A stretch of DNA of 64,000 nucleotides, taken from the NCBI GenBank assembly GCA_025558095.1, contig JAIVFI010000002.1, forward strand, positions 124,001 to 188,000, given 5' to 3'. Positions 12,184 through 24,253 of this stretch are shown here, one piece after another (position 1 is the first letter of the stretch; each line of letters starts with the position of its first letter). This stretch comes from Hyaloraphidium curvatum SAG 235-1 (taxonomy: Eukaryota; Fungi; Monoblepharomycota). The notes below the pieces were generated by a model that saw nothing but the letters and a program-made list of their open reading frames with translations, did not search any database and was not told the origin of the DNA. The position numbers and the translations under genes were made by a program.

Positions 12184-13208
12184 ATGGCTGTCCCCCGCGA
12201 GCACGTGTTCAAGCGCGTCCAGACGCGGGGCGGGGGTACCGTGGAGATTGCGATGGACGTGTTCGTGCCGAAGGCGGCGTCGAAGGAGGCGCCGGTGCCG
12301 GTAATCGCGTGGTGGCACGGTGGAGGTCTGCTGCAGGTCTGTCTGTCGGCAAACAGGCGGCTGTCGCGTACATTGACACTGAAACGGGCGGCAGGGAACG
12401 CGCAAGGCGATTGCGGACCACTTCCTGGACGTCGACGGGCACGGCATGGCCTTTGTCAGTGTGGACTACCGCCTCGCTCCTCAGGTCGGCCTCTCTTCCC
12501 GTCTTTCCCTCCATCTCGGCCTGACGATGTGTTCAGACCCGCCTCCCCGAGATCCTGGCCGACGTCTCCGACGCCCTCTCCTTCATCCACACGCGCTTCC
12601 CCTCCCTGCACCCCGAAATCGACACCTCGAGGCTCGCGGTGTCGGGCTCCTCTGCAGGGGGCTGGATCGCGTTGCTCGTCGCGCTCGGGCTGGTCCCTCC
12701 CTACGAAGGGCCGAAACCAGCGGCGATTGCGGCGCTGTACCCCATAACCGACACGACGGACCCGTTCTTCGCCTCGCCTCAGCCCCCTCCCAAGGCCGAG
12801 GTCGCCAAGGGCGCGGTGGAACCGTTCCTGGACCCGGAGGCGCCCGAGGTTTCCTACTCGGAGCAGGACGGCCCGCGGGCGGCCATGTACGCGTGGATGG
12901 TGCAGTCGGGGAGCCTCAACTCGCTGCTGCTGGACGGCACCGGTCTCTCGCCAGGTGAGTTTTCCATCCCTGGGCGCGTCGCGGAGGCCAAGGGCTCCGA
13001 GCTGCCCCCCATCTACATCTCGCACGGCGATGCGGACATCTGGGTGCCGTTTTCGCAGTCCGTCAGGGCTGCGGATGCGCTGCGGGCCGCGGGGTCCGGG
13101 GTGGACTTCGAGGCGTTCCCGGGGCGGGACCACAGGAACGACTGGTTCTTCCCGGAGGACAACGTCGGGCTGCACAGATTTCTGAAGGAGAAGCTTCGGG
13201 TTCGGTAG
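12184..13208 (+). CDS. Alpha/beta hydrolase (esterase), multi-exon
   Basis: WWHGGGLLQ, SVDYRLAPQ, GSSAGG, HGDADIWVP, GRDH. Confidence 0.88.
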
Positions 13209-13259
13209 GGGCGGAGATCTTGCTCATTGGGTATGTACATCGCTGCACTGAGTGGCCGT

Positions 13260-13976
13260 TCACGGCATAGAAGGAAAGGGCCGCACCGGCACCTTGGACG
13301 GCGCCTTTCTCCTGTCCAGCGATCCAGCTCGCCAAAAACCCCTCAGATCCGGCATTCTCGGCGAGGCTGGGTGTTCTTCCGCGGCGTTCGCGGCCGTCAA
13401 AACCGTCGTGCGGCGAAGAGCGTCGGATAGTGCGGCGACCCGCTCCAGGAGGTCCGTGCTGCCCGGCGGCACCGGGTCAGCGGAAACGGTCACAACTCGT
13501 TTGAAGTTGTCTTCATGTCCCTTGCTCCGTTCTTCGCTAGGGCCGGCGTCCGAGGCCCCATCCGGGTCCGAGTTCGAACTGTCCCCGCACTCCGAATCCG
13601 ACCCGTCGGACAGTGGTCCAGTCCCCGGTTCCGTCCGCGCACTGGTCCATGTCGCAATGTCCGCGGTCGGTCCTGCGTCTGCCGCCGGGTTGCCCCCCGC
13701 CCGGTCGCCGCACGCGATGCATGTCCAGCACGGTATCCCCTCGCCGCCTCCCGGCCCGTGGCCGCACGCCCCGCCAACCCCGGCCGACACTTCTGCGCAC
13801 ACATCCTCCGCGCTCGCCGGCCGCGAAGCGCTCCCCGAATGCCGCGCGTCCGTTTTCGCGGGCCGCTGGAACGGCCGCCGCGGCGGCACCGCGAACGGCA
13901 GCGCGCGCGACGGCGCCGACGGTGCGCGCGGGCAGCCCGGAGAGGGCTCGGGCGCCACATAGGGAGACGCTGTCAT
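13260..13976 (-). CDS. Orphan family member 2
   Basis: RALPFAVPP, CGH...PCWTC, PRMPDLRGFW. Confidence 0.7.
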   Translation of the reverse strand: MTASPYVAPEPSPGCPRAPSAPSRALPFAVPPRRPFQRPAKTDARHSGSASRPASAEDVCAEVSAGVGGACGHGPGGGEGIPCWTCIACGDRAGGNPAADAGPTADIATWTSARTEPGTGPLSDGSDSECGDSSNSDPDGASDAGPSEERSKGHEDNFKRVVTVSADPVPPGSTDLLERVAALSDALRRTTVLTAANAAEEHPASPRMPDLRGFWRAGSLDRRKAPSKVPVRPFPSMP

Positions 13977-14493
13977 GGTTGCGGGTCGGCTCGAGGTGGG
14001 GGATCGGATCGGAGAGGCGGCCGCCACCGGCCGCCCGGGGAATCGGGCCGCATTTTGGGGACGCTGTCCCTTGACTCACTCGGATACCTGGTTCGGCTCG
14101 CGGAGGCCGTCCCCTCTGGCAAATCGGTGCAAAGGGCCCTTCGGGAAACACCCGATGGCTGTCCAATTCCGTCCCGTGCGCCGCGCCGCGAGCCGTGCAC
14201 CCGAGTTCGGGGGAGGGACGCCGACGGCAGCCACCCAGCGCCGTCTTGCCGCCCCGGCAGTTTCCGCCTGGCGCATCCCCTGGACAAGAAACCAGCGCAC
14301 GGATGCATACGCGTTTGGGACACGGATCGGGCGGCGCCGATCGGGCAAGGTCTGGAACGTTTGTGGTGCCCGGCCCGTTGCCAGCGGCAAGAATGCGGAG
14401 GGTGGCTTGGCAAGTTGGGCGGCCAGATGGCCGTCCGTGGCTGCCATGGGATAGTGGAGCCGGGACGCCGCCGGACGATGCAGCAGGACCACA

Positions 14494-14512
14494 GGGGGGG
14501 GGGGGGGGGGGG
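14494..14512 (+). repeat. G19 homopolymer
   Basis: Read directly from the sequence. Confidence 0.9.
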
Positions 14513-14547
14513 CATGCACGAGCGGCGGAAAGGCTAATGGTTTCTTT

Positions 14548-15279
14548 TCACCGCAACCCTTCATGACCTACACGTCCCGCCGGCCCACTTCCGGCCGGGG
14601 CCATTGCCACCGGCCCCCGGCCCCGTCCGGCACCCAAGCTGTAGATCCAACTAGCGCCCCAGAACGCCCTCAGGTCTGGGAAGCTCGGCGCCCAGCCCGT
14701 CTCCTCCGGATCCTGCGCCCGCAGCATCGTCAGCGTCGTGTCCAGCATGTTCTCCAGCTCCATCGCAAGGGCGCGCCTGGCGCCCCGGTCCCTGGTCAGG
14801 GTGACTTCATCGTCGGGCACCGCGTGCTGCCCCGGCAAGGCACCGGTCGTCCCGGCGCCGTGGGCGCCGCGTTTGCGGTTCGTCGCAGGTGATGCCGGCA
14901 GAGGCGCCGGCCTCCCAACGCCGTCCATTCCAGCCGGTACCTCCGGCGTGCGACCGAGTGTGCCATCTGCCTCTTCTGCCTCCCGAGAACACTGCTCGGC
15001 CCACCCGGCCACGGCCTCGGCCCCCCGGAGCACGCACCACCAGCAGGGCGCCTCCTCGGTCCCCGGTCCTTCCGGCCCCGGCGCATGCCCGCACCCCCGG
15101 CCACCCACGCCCGTTTCTACCTCTCCCGCACACGTCTCGTCCGACCCTTCCCGCGCCAATACGGCGGGAGGGTACGCCAGCGGCCGCGGTCCGGAAGCGG
15201 CCAGCGGGGGCACGGCGAACGGCAGCGCGCGCGCGCGGGCAGCGGCCAAAGACGCCCGCCGTGGAGGCGGGGAGCCCAT
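14548..15279 (-). CDS. Orphan family member 3
   Basis: MGSPPPRR start, RALPFAVPP, CGH...PCWWC, PSFPDLRAFW; nucleotide similarity to member 4. Confidence 0.72.
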   Translation of the reverse strand: MGSPPPRRASLAAARARALPFAVPPLAASGPRPLAYPPAVLAREGSDETCAGEVETGVGGRGCGHAPGPEGPGTEEAPCWWCVLRGAEAVAGWAEQCSREAEEADGTLGRTPEVPAGMDGVGRPAPLPASPATNRKRGAHGAGTTGALPGQHAVPDDEVTLTRDRGARRALAMELENMLDTTLTMLRAQDPEETGWAPSFPDLRAFWGASWIYSLGAGRGRGPVAMAPAGSGPAGRVGHEGLR

Positions 15280-16318
15280 ACTCGCTCGCTCGTGACTCGC
15301 GGTTGGATCTGATTGATCCGAGAGGTGCGGCGAACGGTGGTTCGGGAAGGCAAGGGAGCGGGTAAGCGGACCTCGCCCTTTGCGGCAAGCGGGCGACCAT
15401 CCGACCGCATCTGTCGAGCAGGACGGCGGAACGACGGACTGAGGTGCATGATGGACGTGCGGGGACCTCAAATGTAGTCTCATGGAGATCGCCGGATGCA
15501 CTCTTTTGCCCAGGAAACCAGGAGGACGGCCTGCGGCGAAAGCCCTCTTTATTCGGGGGTTCTTCGGCAAAACCCCGCAACCGCCCAACGCACGAAAGCG
15601 CCGGGCCCCATCCGAATCGTCCATCTGCGAATCCGATGGCCCGAAGTCCCGGAGTGCATGCCGAACGGCGGCGGCCGCGTCTGGACGACACACCGCCTCT
15701 TTGCGTTCGGTACCCCTCGTCCCTGGCTAACAAGGATCCGGGCCTCAGTAGCCCGGGAAGCGCTCTCACCCCCGGGAAAACGCCCGGACCAAGTCGGCAA
15801 GGCGCGCGGTCGCGGTGCGATGCGGTCCCGTGTGGACCGGACGGCGTCCATGTGTCGGAGGTGCTCGCGTCACGAACCCCAGCACCGCCCCGCCGCTCCG
15901 CATTGCCGCTCCCTCGGGGGTGCCGCGCGACCACCTTTCTCTACCGGCCGGGCGTATGAGCTTACATGAGTCGATCCTCACGTGCGGGTGCGCGGAATGG
16001 CATCCGTTTTCTTCTAGATGTGCCGCGAGCGGGGTGGGGCCGGTGGGTCAAGGGACCGGCCGCGCGGCGCATTGCGCGGCAATGCGGACGCACGTCCTTC
16101 GATCCCTCGAACAAGAAAGCGGGCCGGCGATAGACGTTGCATGATCCTCAAGAGTGAGCAGTTATAGGGTAGATGTTGTGGTGGCGACGCACACTTGGGA
16201 AACCGCACCTTGACTCACCCAGACAGAACGGCCTCGAAGCACGGTCCGCCTTGACGAACGACTGACAGCGAGCGGCGCCATGTAGGAGCCAAGCACGGCA
16301 GGCAATCCAAATGGCATT

Positions 16319-17035
16319 TCATCGCAAACTATCGTGCTTCCACTCCTTCAAGCTGCAAACACCAGCACCCAACCTGTAGATCCAACCGGCGCCCCAGAAC
16401 GCCCTCAGGTCTGGGAAGCTCGGCGCCGAACCAATCTCGTCCAAATCCTGCGCCTGCATCGCCGTCAGCGTCCTGTCCAGCAGGTTTTCCAGTTCCATTT
16501 CGAGGGCGCGCTTGGCGCCCTGTACCCTCGTCAACATCACGACAGCATCGTCGAACACCGCGTCCTGCCCCGAAAAAGGAGTGTTTGCGGCGTCGTCACC
16601 GACGCCACTTTTGCACGCGTCCGTTGATGGTGCCGCCCACAGCGATGCCCGCCTGGCCGGCGGGTCCACCCCCGCCTCCGGCGCGCGACCGAGCGTGCGG
16701 CCAAGCGTCCCGTCCGCCTCTTCTGCGTCCCGAGCACCTCGCTTCTGCCACCCTGCCGCGGCCTGCGCGCCCAGGAGCACGCATCCCCAGCACGGCGCCT
16801 CGTCACGCCCTTCCGCTTCCGGCCGCGGCGCATGCGCGCACCCCCGGCCACCCGCGCCCGTTTCCTCCTCTCCCGCGCACGTCTCGTCCGGCCCGGCCCG
16901 CGCCAATGCGGCGAGCGGGCACGCGAGCGGCCGCGCCGCGGAGCCGGGCAGCGCCGGTACCGCGAACGGCAGCGCGCGCGAGCGGCGGCCCGCGGGGACA
17001 GACGACCGCCGCGGCGGCGGGGAACCCATTCCCAT
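16319..17035 (-). CDS. Orphan family member 4 (recent tandem duplicate of member 3)
   Basis: MGMGSPPPRR, RALPFAVP, CAH...PCWGC, PSFPDLRAFW. Confidence 0.72.
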   Translation of the reverse strand: MGMGSPPPRRSSVPAGRRSRALPFAVPALPGSAARPLACPLAALARAGPDETCAGEEETGAGGRGCAHAPRPEAEGRDEAPCWGCVLLGAQAAAGWQKRGARDAEEADGTLGRTLGRAPEAGVDPPARRASLWAAPSTDACKSGVGDDAANTPFSGQDAVFDDAVVMLTRVQGAKRALEMELENLLDRTLTAMQAQDLDEIGSAPSFPDLRAFWGAGWIYRLGAGVCSLKEWKHDSLR

Positions 17036-17819
17036 GCGTACGACGCCGGGATGCGGGCGGTTCGGGATGCAATTCAATGCGGGGGAGGGTTCTTTGTGCT
17101 TCGGCGTGGGGGAAGGGACCGCCGGGCGGTCATGCGGAGGTCTTTCCCTTGGGCCGAGGCACCATCGCGACCCTCGAACAGCAAAGGGGACCCGGCGAAG
17201 CGGGCCACATGATGGATCTGTGACGGAGTTCGACGGGGCCGGATGAGTTCCACGGGTGCATCGGTCGCCCGGGAAGTGCGAAGGATGTTGTGGATGGCCG
17301 GGGCGCTTTTTCGAGGGTCCCTCTGCCAACATCCAGATGCTGAGGGGACCCGTCCGAAAGAAGCCGTCGGCCTGGCCTCGATCGAATATCGGGCTTCGCA
17401 GTTTGAACGCGCGCCGCGCGCCGGCGGCCGACCCCCAGACCGCAGCGAGGCGACGCGCAAAGAGCCGTGACGCATGCGTACAATCATCATCCATGATGCA
17501 CCACCAAACATACCGCGACCGCACGCCGCTACTTCAGCGAACCGGCCGACACCCGCGGCGAAACCCCCCCCGACCCCCCCCTCTCGGGCTCCGCGACGAG
17601 TCCCCCCGAGCCCTGCTTCAGCACGTCGCCAAAGAACTCCGCCGAACCGCCCCCCTCCGCGTCCGAGCCGCCGCTTCCGTGGGCGGGGGTCGGGTCGTCC
17701 TCCCCATCTGGCCCCGAAGGCGCGGGGCGGTCCAGCGCGATGCCCGCTTCCTCGGCCGCGGCGCGGAACCTGTCCGCGACCTTCTTGACTGCAGTGACCG
17801 GGCGAAACCGGCAAGTCAG

Positions 17820-19370
17820 TCATCTTCTCCGGAACACGGCGACGGCAAAGCACCCACTATTGAGCCCGTACTTCCTCCCCAGCGCCTCCAGCCCCGACGC
17901 GAGCCACCGCACCGCCTCCCTCCTCTCCCCCGCGTCCCCGGCGCCCTCCGCCTCCCCCGCAGCCCAATCCTCCGAGATCGCCGCCAGCAGCACGCTCCCG
18001 GCGGCGAACATCGCCGGCGCCGCCATGTAGTGCACGAACTTGACCGCCCTGTCAGCACGGAGCAGCCCGCGGGCGGTCCGCGCGCACGAAACGGCCAGCG
18101 CGCACGCGGCCCCCCTGAACCCCGAGGTGCGGAGGCGTTCGACGGCGTAGCACGTCGATGCGAGGAGCAGCTGCACGGCCGCGAGGGCGTGCGGGAAGCG
18201 GGGGAAGTGGCCCTCCCACCCCTCGAGGATGGCGCGCGGGTCGCCGTTGGTCAGGTAGGGTTCCGCCAGGGCGGGGGGGAAGGCGGGGCGGAGGAAGGCG
18301 GTGGACCCCGAGAGCGCGGCCGCGGCGCTTCGGCGGGCCGAGGGGTCCAAGCGGGAGACGGAGAGGAGGAGGTGCCGTTCGAAGTTGGCCAGGTGGAGGA
18401 GGGTGACGACGCTGCCGCGGTGGAGAAACACGTGGGCGACGAGGGAGCGGATGGTGCCGAGCATCCCCGTCGAGCTGGTTTCGCCGAAGGCGATCGACGG
18501 CGGCCCGCCCGAGGCGGCCCACTGCTCCTTGAGCTCCTCGAAAGCCGCCTGCGGGTCGGGAGCGTCGTACCACCGCTCGCCCACGGGGAGCGGGAACAGC
18601 TGGCGGTGGAAGTAGGACGCGATGGTGGGCCGACCCGCGTAGCTCGCGACGGCGAGGTCGTACGCCGCGACGCCGATCCTCAGGCGGCAGACCATCTCCC
18701 TGCGGAGCCAGTCCTCCGCGGTCGCCGGGGTGCCCTCGGTGTCGAGCGCGTCCGAGAGGGATTGCGCCGTGTCGCAGGCCTTTTTCAGCACGGGGAACGC
18801 GGTCGCGGGCATGCCGGCGGGGGAGATGACGTCCAGGAGGAGGCAGTAGGCCTGGGCCGACTCGAGGTCCGCGGTGCGTTTCCGGCGGAGGAGGCGGCGG
18901 GCCTCGTCGACGCAGGAAAAGGCCAGCTTGAAGCGCTGCTCGCGGGAGGTCTTTGGGAGCGAGCGGGCGCCGCAGGCCGCGGCGGCGTAGGCGAGGGCGA
19001 GGGGCGGTTCGGGGTAGGCGAAGGAGGGGCCGGCAAACGCCGCCTCGAAGGACGCCTTGTGGATGATGGGGCACATGGCGTGGGAGGTGTCGTAGAAGGC
19101 CTCGATGGCGGGCCGCAGTGAGGCCGGCAGGGTGGCCCCCGCGTCGGCTACCGCCCCCTTCTGGCCGGCCAGCACGGTCGCGGACGACGACACGGCGGAA
19201 CCGACGTCGGCGGCGCTCCAGCGGTGGCCCTTTGCGCCCGGGGGGAATGCGTCGGCGGCGCCCGCGTCGGCCTCCGCCGCGACGCCCGAACCCCCGCCGC
19301 TGCCGGCCGACAGCGCCGACGCCGCCACCATCGCCGTTATCGCCTCCCAATCGAACCCGTCGTCCGACAT
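17820..19370 (-). CDS. Fungal-specific transcription factor (middle homology region) protein with no visible Zn2Cys6 cluster
   Basis: FYDTSHAMCPIIHKASF, LAYAAAACGAR, DLESAQAYCLL, WLRREMVCRLRI...YD...SYAGRP. Confidence 0.8.
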   Translation of the reverse strand: MSDDGFDWEAITAMVAASALSAGSGGGSGVAAEADAGAADAFPPGAKGHRWSAADVGSAVSSSATVLAGQKGAVADAGATLPASLRPAIEAFYDTSHAMCPIIHKASFEAAFAGPSFAYPEPPLALAYAAAACGARSLPKTSREQRFKLAFSCVDEARRLLRRKRTADLESAQAYCLLLDVISPAGMPATAFPVLKKACDTAQSLSDALDTEGTPATAEDWLRREMVCRLRIGVAAYDLAVASYAGRPTIASYFHRQLFPLPVGERWYDAPDPQAAFEELKEQWAASGGPPSIAFGETSSTGMLGTIRSLVAHVFLHRGSVVTLLHLANFERHLLLSVSRLDPSARRSAAAALSGSTAFLRPAFPPALAEPYLTNGDPRAILEGWEGHFPRFPHALAAVQLLLASTCYAVERLRTSGFRGAACALAVSCARTARGLLRADRAVKFVHYMAAPAMFAAGSVLLAAISEDWAAGEAEGAGDAGERREAVRWLASGLEALGRKYGLNSGCFAVAVFRRR

Positions 19371-20125
19371 GGCGGCGGCCGCGGTGCTGTCCGGTGACTG
19401 CTGTTGAGGGGGTTCGCTCCGGGTGATCGGAGGCAAGGGCAATCAATCCCCCACATGACGGCCAGGCGCGGGATATGCATCCGCGGCCCGATTTCGAGGC
19501 GGATGCCACCCGGGCGGGCCGTCCGACAGCGATGGTGCAGGGCCGGCGGGGTTCGGACTGGATCGACAGCGCGGAACCAGTACCCTCGCCGGACCGCCCC
19601 GACGACACCGGGCAGCACCGCATCCCGCCGAAGCGGATGTCGAACTTGCCATCATTGTCGGAGAGTTGAGCAGGCGTCGGCCAGGGGGGTTTCGTCCTAC
19701 CCGCCTGGCTGGCCGCCGGGCGGCCGGGCGGTGTGGCGTTGCGGGGGTGGAGGCGAGGACGGGACGCTCCGGGGCCGCTGCAGGCCCCGCCAATGCCGAT
19801 GGAGGATGGTCTTAAATAATAAAATGTGTTCGAAAGGGCGAGGCGAGGCCACGGAGGCCGGGCGGCGGCTCTGTCGGGGTTTCGTGGGCGGCGACGGCGG
19901 CAACAGGCACCGCTGGCACGGGGCCGCACCGCATCGCCGGGGCCGAAAACGGGACGGCGAGGAGATTGCCTAGCCGCGAGCGGGCTTCCGGCGCCGGCGG
20001 ATGGATGGGGCGGTGGCCGGCGGGGGCATCATCGGTTACAGGATCGTTTGAGTTCCGGGCCGGGCCCAGGCCCTTCGGGGCCGCCCTTCTCCCTTTCTCT
20101 TCTAAACCGTCGGTCACTTGCCGCG

Positions 20126-22614
20126 ATGGAGCCGCTGGCGACGCTGCGTGCGGCGGCCAGCGCGCTGCTGGGCCGCGCGGCGGCGCTCGAGCGGCGCGTC
20201 GCGGCGGCGGAGGCAAAGGCGCGCGCCGTCGAGCGCGGCCACCGGCTGCTCGTCAAGGAGGCGATGGTCGCCGCCGGCGACAACGGGCGCGCGCTGCTGA
20301 GAGCAATGGAGGGCGACGCGTACCCGTTGGGGGCCGGGATGCCGCCGCCCGCCCCCGGCTACCCCACTCCGCCGCTGCACTCGGGGCCCCCTTTTCACCC
20401 ACCGGCCACCGGGCAGAACGAGGACACTCCGATCGCGGGAACCCCGATCACCGATCCCGCCGATCAGGCTGCCGCTCCCACCGCCGAAGGGGCATCCGAG
20501 GCCGCACCAGACGCCCCCGCCCCGGGCCGCCGCCGCGCCGCCCCCACGCACATCCCCCTGCCGCGCCCCGGCCCCGGCCCCCCCGGCGCCCCCTCGCCCG
20601 CGGCAACCCCCTCCGCCTCGGAGCACCAGCTGGCCGAGGTGCTGCGGCTGGTCCCCGCCCTGGTCTTCCGCACCAACCGCCACGGCGCCCAGACCTTTGC
20701 CTCGGAGTACATCCGCGAGATCGTCGGCGCCGACCCCGCCGACGCCCTGGCCTACGGCTTCTCGTCCTTCATGCACGAGGACGACCGCCAGCGCGTGCTG
20801 GACTACTCCATCGAGACGCAGACGCGCCAGGGAAGGATCGACATCACCTACCGCCTGGTACGCCGCGACGACGGCCGCGCCGTGTGGTGCCGCACCATCG
20901 CCGAGCCCTCGTTCGACCCCGACTCGGGCGAGTTCGTGGGCTACGTGGGGGCGGTGGTGGACGTGAGCGAGGCCATGGAGTGGCGCAGGCAGGCGGAAGA
21001 AAGGAACAGGCTGCTGGACGCGGCGCTGGCAGAGGCCAGGCAGGCCGTCGAGAGCAAGGACGCGTTCCTGCTCACCGTGTCGCACGAGCTGCGGACCCCC
21101 CTGAACGGGATCAGTGGGTGTCCTGTCCGGGGTTGCCCGGGTTCCGGGTTGCGCGATGCTGACGCCCCCTTTCAGTCGGAATGGCCAACCTCCTCCGCGC
21201 CTCCCCGCACTTTTCCGACCCCATCTTCCCCTCCGAAACCCCGGCCTCCCCCACCTCGCCCTCCTCGGCCGACGACCGCGAGCTCCTCGACATGCTCTGC
21301 CAGTGCTCCGAGGGCCTCCTCTCCATCGTCGAGGACCTCCTCGACATATCAAAGGTGCTCAAGAACCGCCTGCACCTGCGGCCCGCGGCGTTCGACGCCG
21401 CCGCGTGCCTGGCGACGGCGTACCACGTTTTGAGGCCGCAGGCGGCGAGGAAGGGCGTCGCGCTGGCGTTCGATTCCCGGCTCGAAGGGCTGCCCGAAAG
21501 GGTGTGGGGCGACTCGTCCCGGCTGAGGCAGGTGGCCTTCAACCTGGTCGAGAACGCGGTCAAGTACACCCCCGCGGGGGGCAACGTGCGGTACTCGCTC
21601 TCTTTGGAGCGCGGACCTGCGGCAGGGCAGGCGGTGCCCGCGCGGCGCGACCCGGGGCTCGATCCGGCGCTGCTGACGGAGCTGGTGCTCCTTTTGCGGG
21701 TGGAGGACGACGGGTGCGGGTTCCCCCCCGAGCTCGCGTCGTCCATCTTCGAGGCCTTTGTGCAGGCGGACGGCAGCATGTCGCGGCAGCACGGCGGGAT
21801 GGGGCTCGGGCTGGCGATATGCAGGGAGCTCGTCTCGCTCATGGGGGGCACGATATCGGCCGAGAGCGAAGGGCGGGGCCGCGGGGCGCGGTTCGTCGCC
21901 AGGGTGCCGGTGCTGCTGCCGCCCGAGGGGGGGGGGGAGGAGGGTGGGGATGGCGCGGCGATCGTGGTGACGGCGCCCAGCGGGGGGATCCCCGTCGGCG
22001 ACCTCTCGGGCGTCGATGCGTGGGCAGAGGCGGCGGCGGGGGGGCTGGCGCCGTTGCCGTCGCGGACGAGGCCGCTGGGGCGGCAGCAGACGGACGAGAG
22101 CGACGTGACCACCGCGTCGCCGGAACCCGGGCGCGCGGACCCCGTGCCCTCGCCGACCCTCTCGGCGGCATCGAGCCCCGGCTCGGGGACGCCGATCAAC
22201 GAGTACGACCGCGCGCTGGGCCGCCCCGCCGTGAAGCTGCTGCTGGCCGAGGACAACGTGATCAACGTGCGGCTGACCCTGCGGCTGCTGCAGAAGCTCG
22301 GGTACCCCTCGTGCGACGTGGCGGCGGACGGCAAGGAGTGCGTGGAAATGGTGCTCCGCGCCGCGAACGAGGGGGACACGTACGACCTCGTGCTGTGCGA
22401 CCTGCAGATGCCGAACTGCTCCGGCACCGAGGCCGCGGAGCTCGTGAGGGAGCTGCTGCCGCCGGAAAGGAGGCCGCCGTTCGTGGCGCTGACGGCCAAC
22501 GTGTTCGATAGGGACAGGAGGCGGTGCGAGGAGGTGGGGATGGTCGGGTTCCTGGGGAAGCCGCTCAGGGCGGGGGAGCTGGGCGCGGCGATCGAGAGGC
22601 ACAGGAGGCGGTGA
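20126..22614 (+). CDS. Hybrid histidine kinase (PAS-HisKA-HATPase-REC), intron 21114-21175
   Basis: PAS (FMHEDDRQRV...YVGAVVDVSE), H-box SHELRTPLNGI, N-box NLVENAVKYT, G boxes DDGCG and GGMGLGL, receiver LLAEDN...DLQMP...KP. Confidence 0.93.
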
Positions 22615-23509
22615 TCGGGGGAGGGGCGCGGCTGCGTGTAGTGGCGGCCGGGGGATGTTGTCGGCGGTGGGGTCGTTGTATTGGCGGCACCTCCCGACGG
22701 AATGGTCTGCATGATTTCGGCGCTTTGCTGTCCGCGGTCCCAAACCCACCCAACGGGGCGATATCCACCCGGGTGGCAAACCGGTTTGCACCACTTGCAT
22801 CCTGCGAGGGTGTGAAATGCCGGATCTCGCAATGGCCGATCCGACGCCCGCATTGCCGCCGGCCCGCCCCGGCCCGGGCGGGGTGCGTCCCACATCCCGC
22901 CGCGCGCAACAGGGACGCGCGGAAGGCCGCGGAACCCCCCATCCCCCGGCACCGGATCTTGCCAGCGCTTTCCATCCGCACTTTCAGAGCCCCCATCGGG
23001 CGGTGGGCTCCCAGATCGGCGTGCCCGCGCCGGGGGCCCGGCCGGCCGGTGGGCCCTGAGGATGCAGGGGATCCCGTCTCGCCTCGCACGGCGCCGGCCG
23101 CGGCTTCCGGAGCCGGTCCTCGCGCCCCATGGGATGCCTGCCCGTGCAATGCGGCCGCATGCGCTGCGGATCGGTGCTGTCGGCGCGGGGTGGATCGGAG
23201 GGCGGGGGGTCGGGAGCGCCACCAGCCCTGCGGTTACTGGGGGGCAGGGACATTGCCCGGAGGCCGGTCCCGGAAGCGGGGGATCGGACTGGCACGCTCC
23301 GCAGTGGTGCCCGGAGGTGCCCCGGAGGACCGGCCAGCCGGTCGCCGTGTCTTGCGGCGCTTCGGGCCCCGAGCGGGGTAATTGTGACGTTCGGGCGGCG
23401 GCTGGGCCCAGGCCCGGGGCCCTTGACGGCGGTTCGTTCAACAAGCGCGCCCGCCCGAGGGTGCTGTTCGGCGACCCCGGCTGCGGCGACCGTGCGGAAC
23501 GTTTCCGGC

Positions 23510-24253
23510 ATGTCTGCGGCGGCGGCGGCGCGCCCGCGGCGGCAGTTCCCCGCGCGCCCCGCCGCGCCCCCGGCAAAGTCGCGGACGTCGTGCCGCAACT
23601 GCGCGAAGCTGCACGTCCGCTGTGACCGCGTGCTGCCGAAATGCAGCCGCTGCGGCGACGGAACCGACGACTGCGATTACCCGCCGCCATCCGCTCGCGG
23701 CGCCGCACCGAGCCCGCCCTCGCCGGACGCGCGGGTCCCCTTCGCGGCCGCAAACGCCCCGCCCGCCTTCGGCGCCGCCCCCTTCGCCGCATCGCACGCC
23801 CCGCCCCCGGGCTACCCGCTGTGGCCGTGGCCCGGCGTCCCCGCCGCCCACGCCCCGCCGCACCCCTTTTCCCCCGCAATCCCACCCGCCGTCCCGCCCG
23901 CGCCGCCGCCAAACGCCTACGCCCCGCCCGCGCCCCCGCACGCCGCCAATCACCCCGCCTGGCAGTTCGCCCCGGGGCACGCCGCAGCGCAGAACTGGCC
24001 CCCGCGGCCGGCGATCGCCCCCCTCCCGCGCACCCCTAGCTTCCCGCCCTTCCTGCCCTCCGCGGGCTCGGACCCGCCGCTCGCCTCCGCCATGCACGGA
24101 CTCTCACCAGCGGGGTATCCACCCCCCGTGCTTGCCCCCGCCGCCGAAGCTGCCGGCCCGCCCGAAGGGGCGGCAGAGCCCCCTCGCCCAGCGGGCAGGA
24201 TGTCGCTCTCCTTCCTCCTCGCCGACGACGGCCCTGCGCCCGCCCCCCCTTGA
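23510..24253 (+). CDS. Zn(II)2Cys6 binuclear cluster protein with Pro-rich tail
   Basis: SCRNCAKLHVRCDRVLPKCSRC...CDY; C-terminal RMSLSFLL motif. Confidence 0.85.
   Translation: MSAAAAARPRRQFPARPAAPPAKSRTSCRNCAKLHVRCDRVLPKCSRCGDGTDDCDYPPPSARGAAPSPPSPDARVPFAAANAPPAFGAAPFAASHAPPPGYPLWPWPGVPAAHAPPHPFSPAIPPAVPPAPPPNAYAPPAPPHAANHPAWQFAPGHAAAQNWPPRPAIAPLPRTPSFPPFLPSAGSDPPLASAMHGLSPAGYPPPVLAPAAEAAGPPEGAAEPPRPAGRMSLSFLLADDGPAPAPP

Noticed and set aside
22776-22789. 14-bp palindrome GCAAACCGGTTTGC
   Set aside because: Isolated, with no supporting context.
21111-23912. 933-aa minus-strand ORF and many other long Arg/Pro/Ala-rich ORFs
   Set aside because: These are GC-driven shadow frames overlapping better-supported genes.
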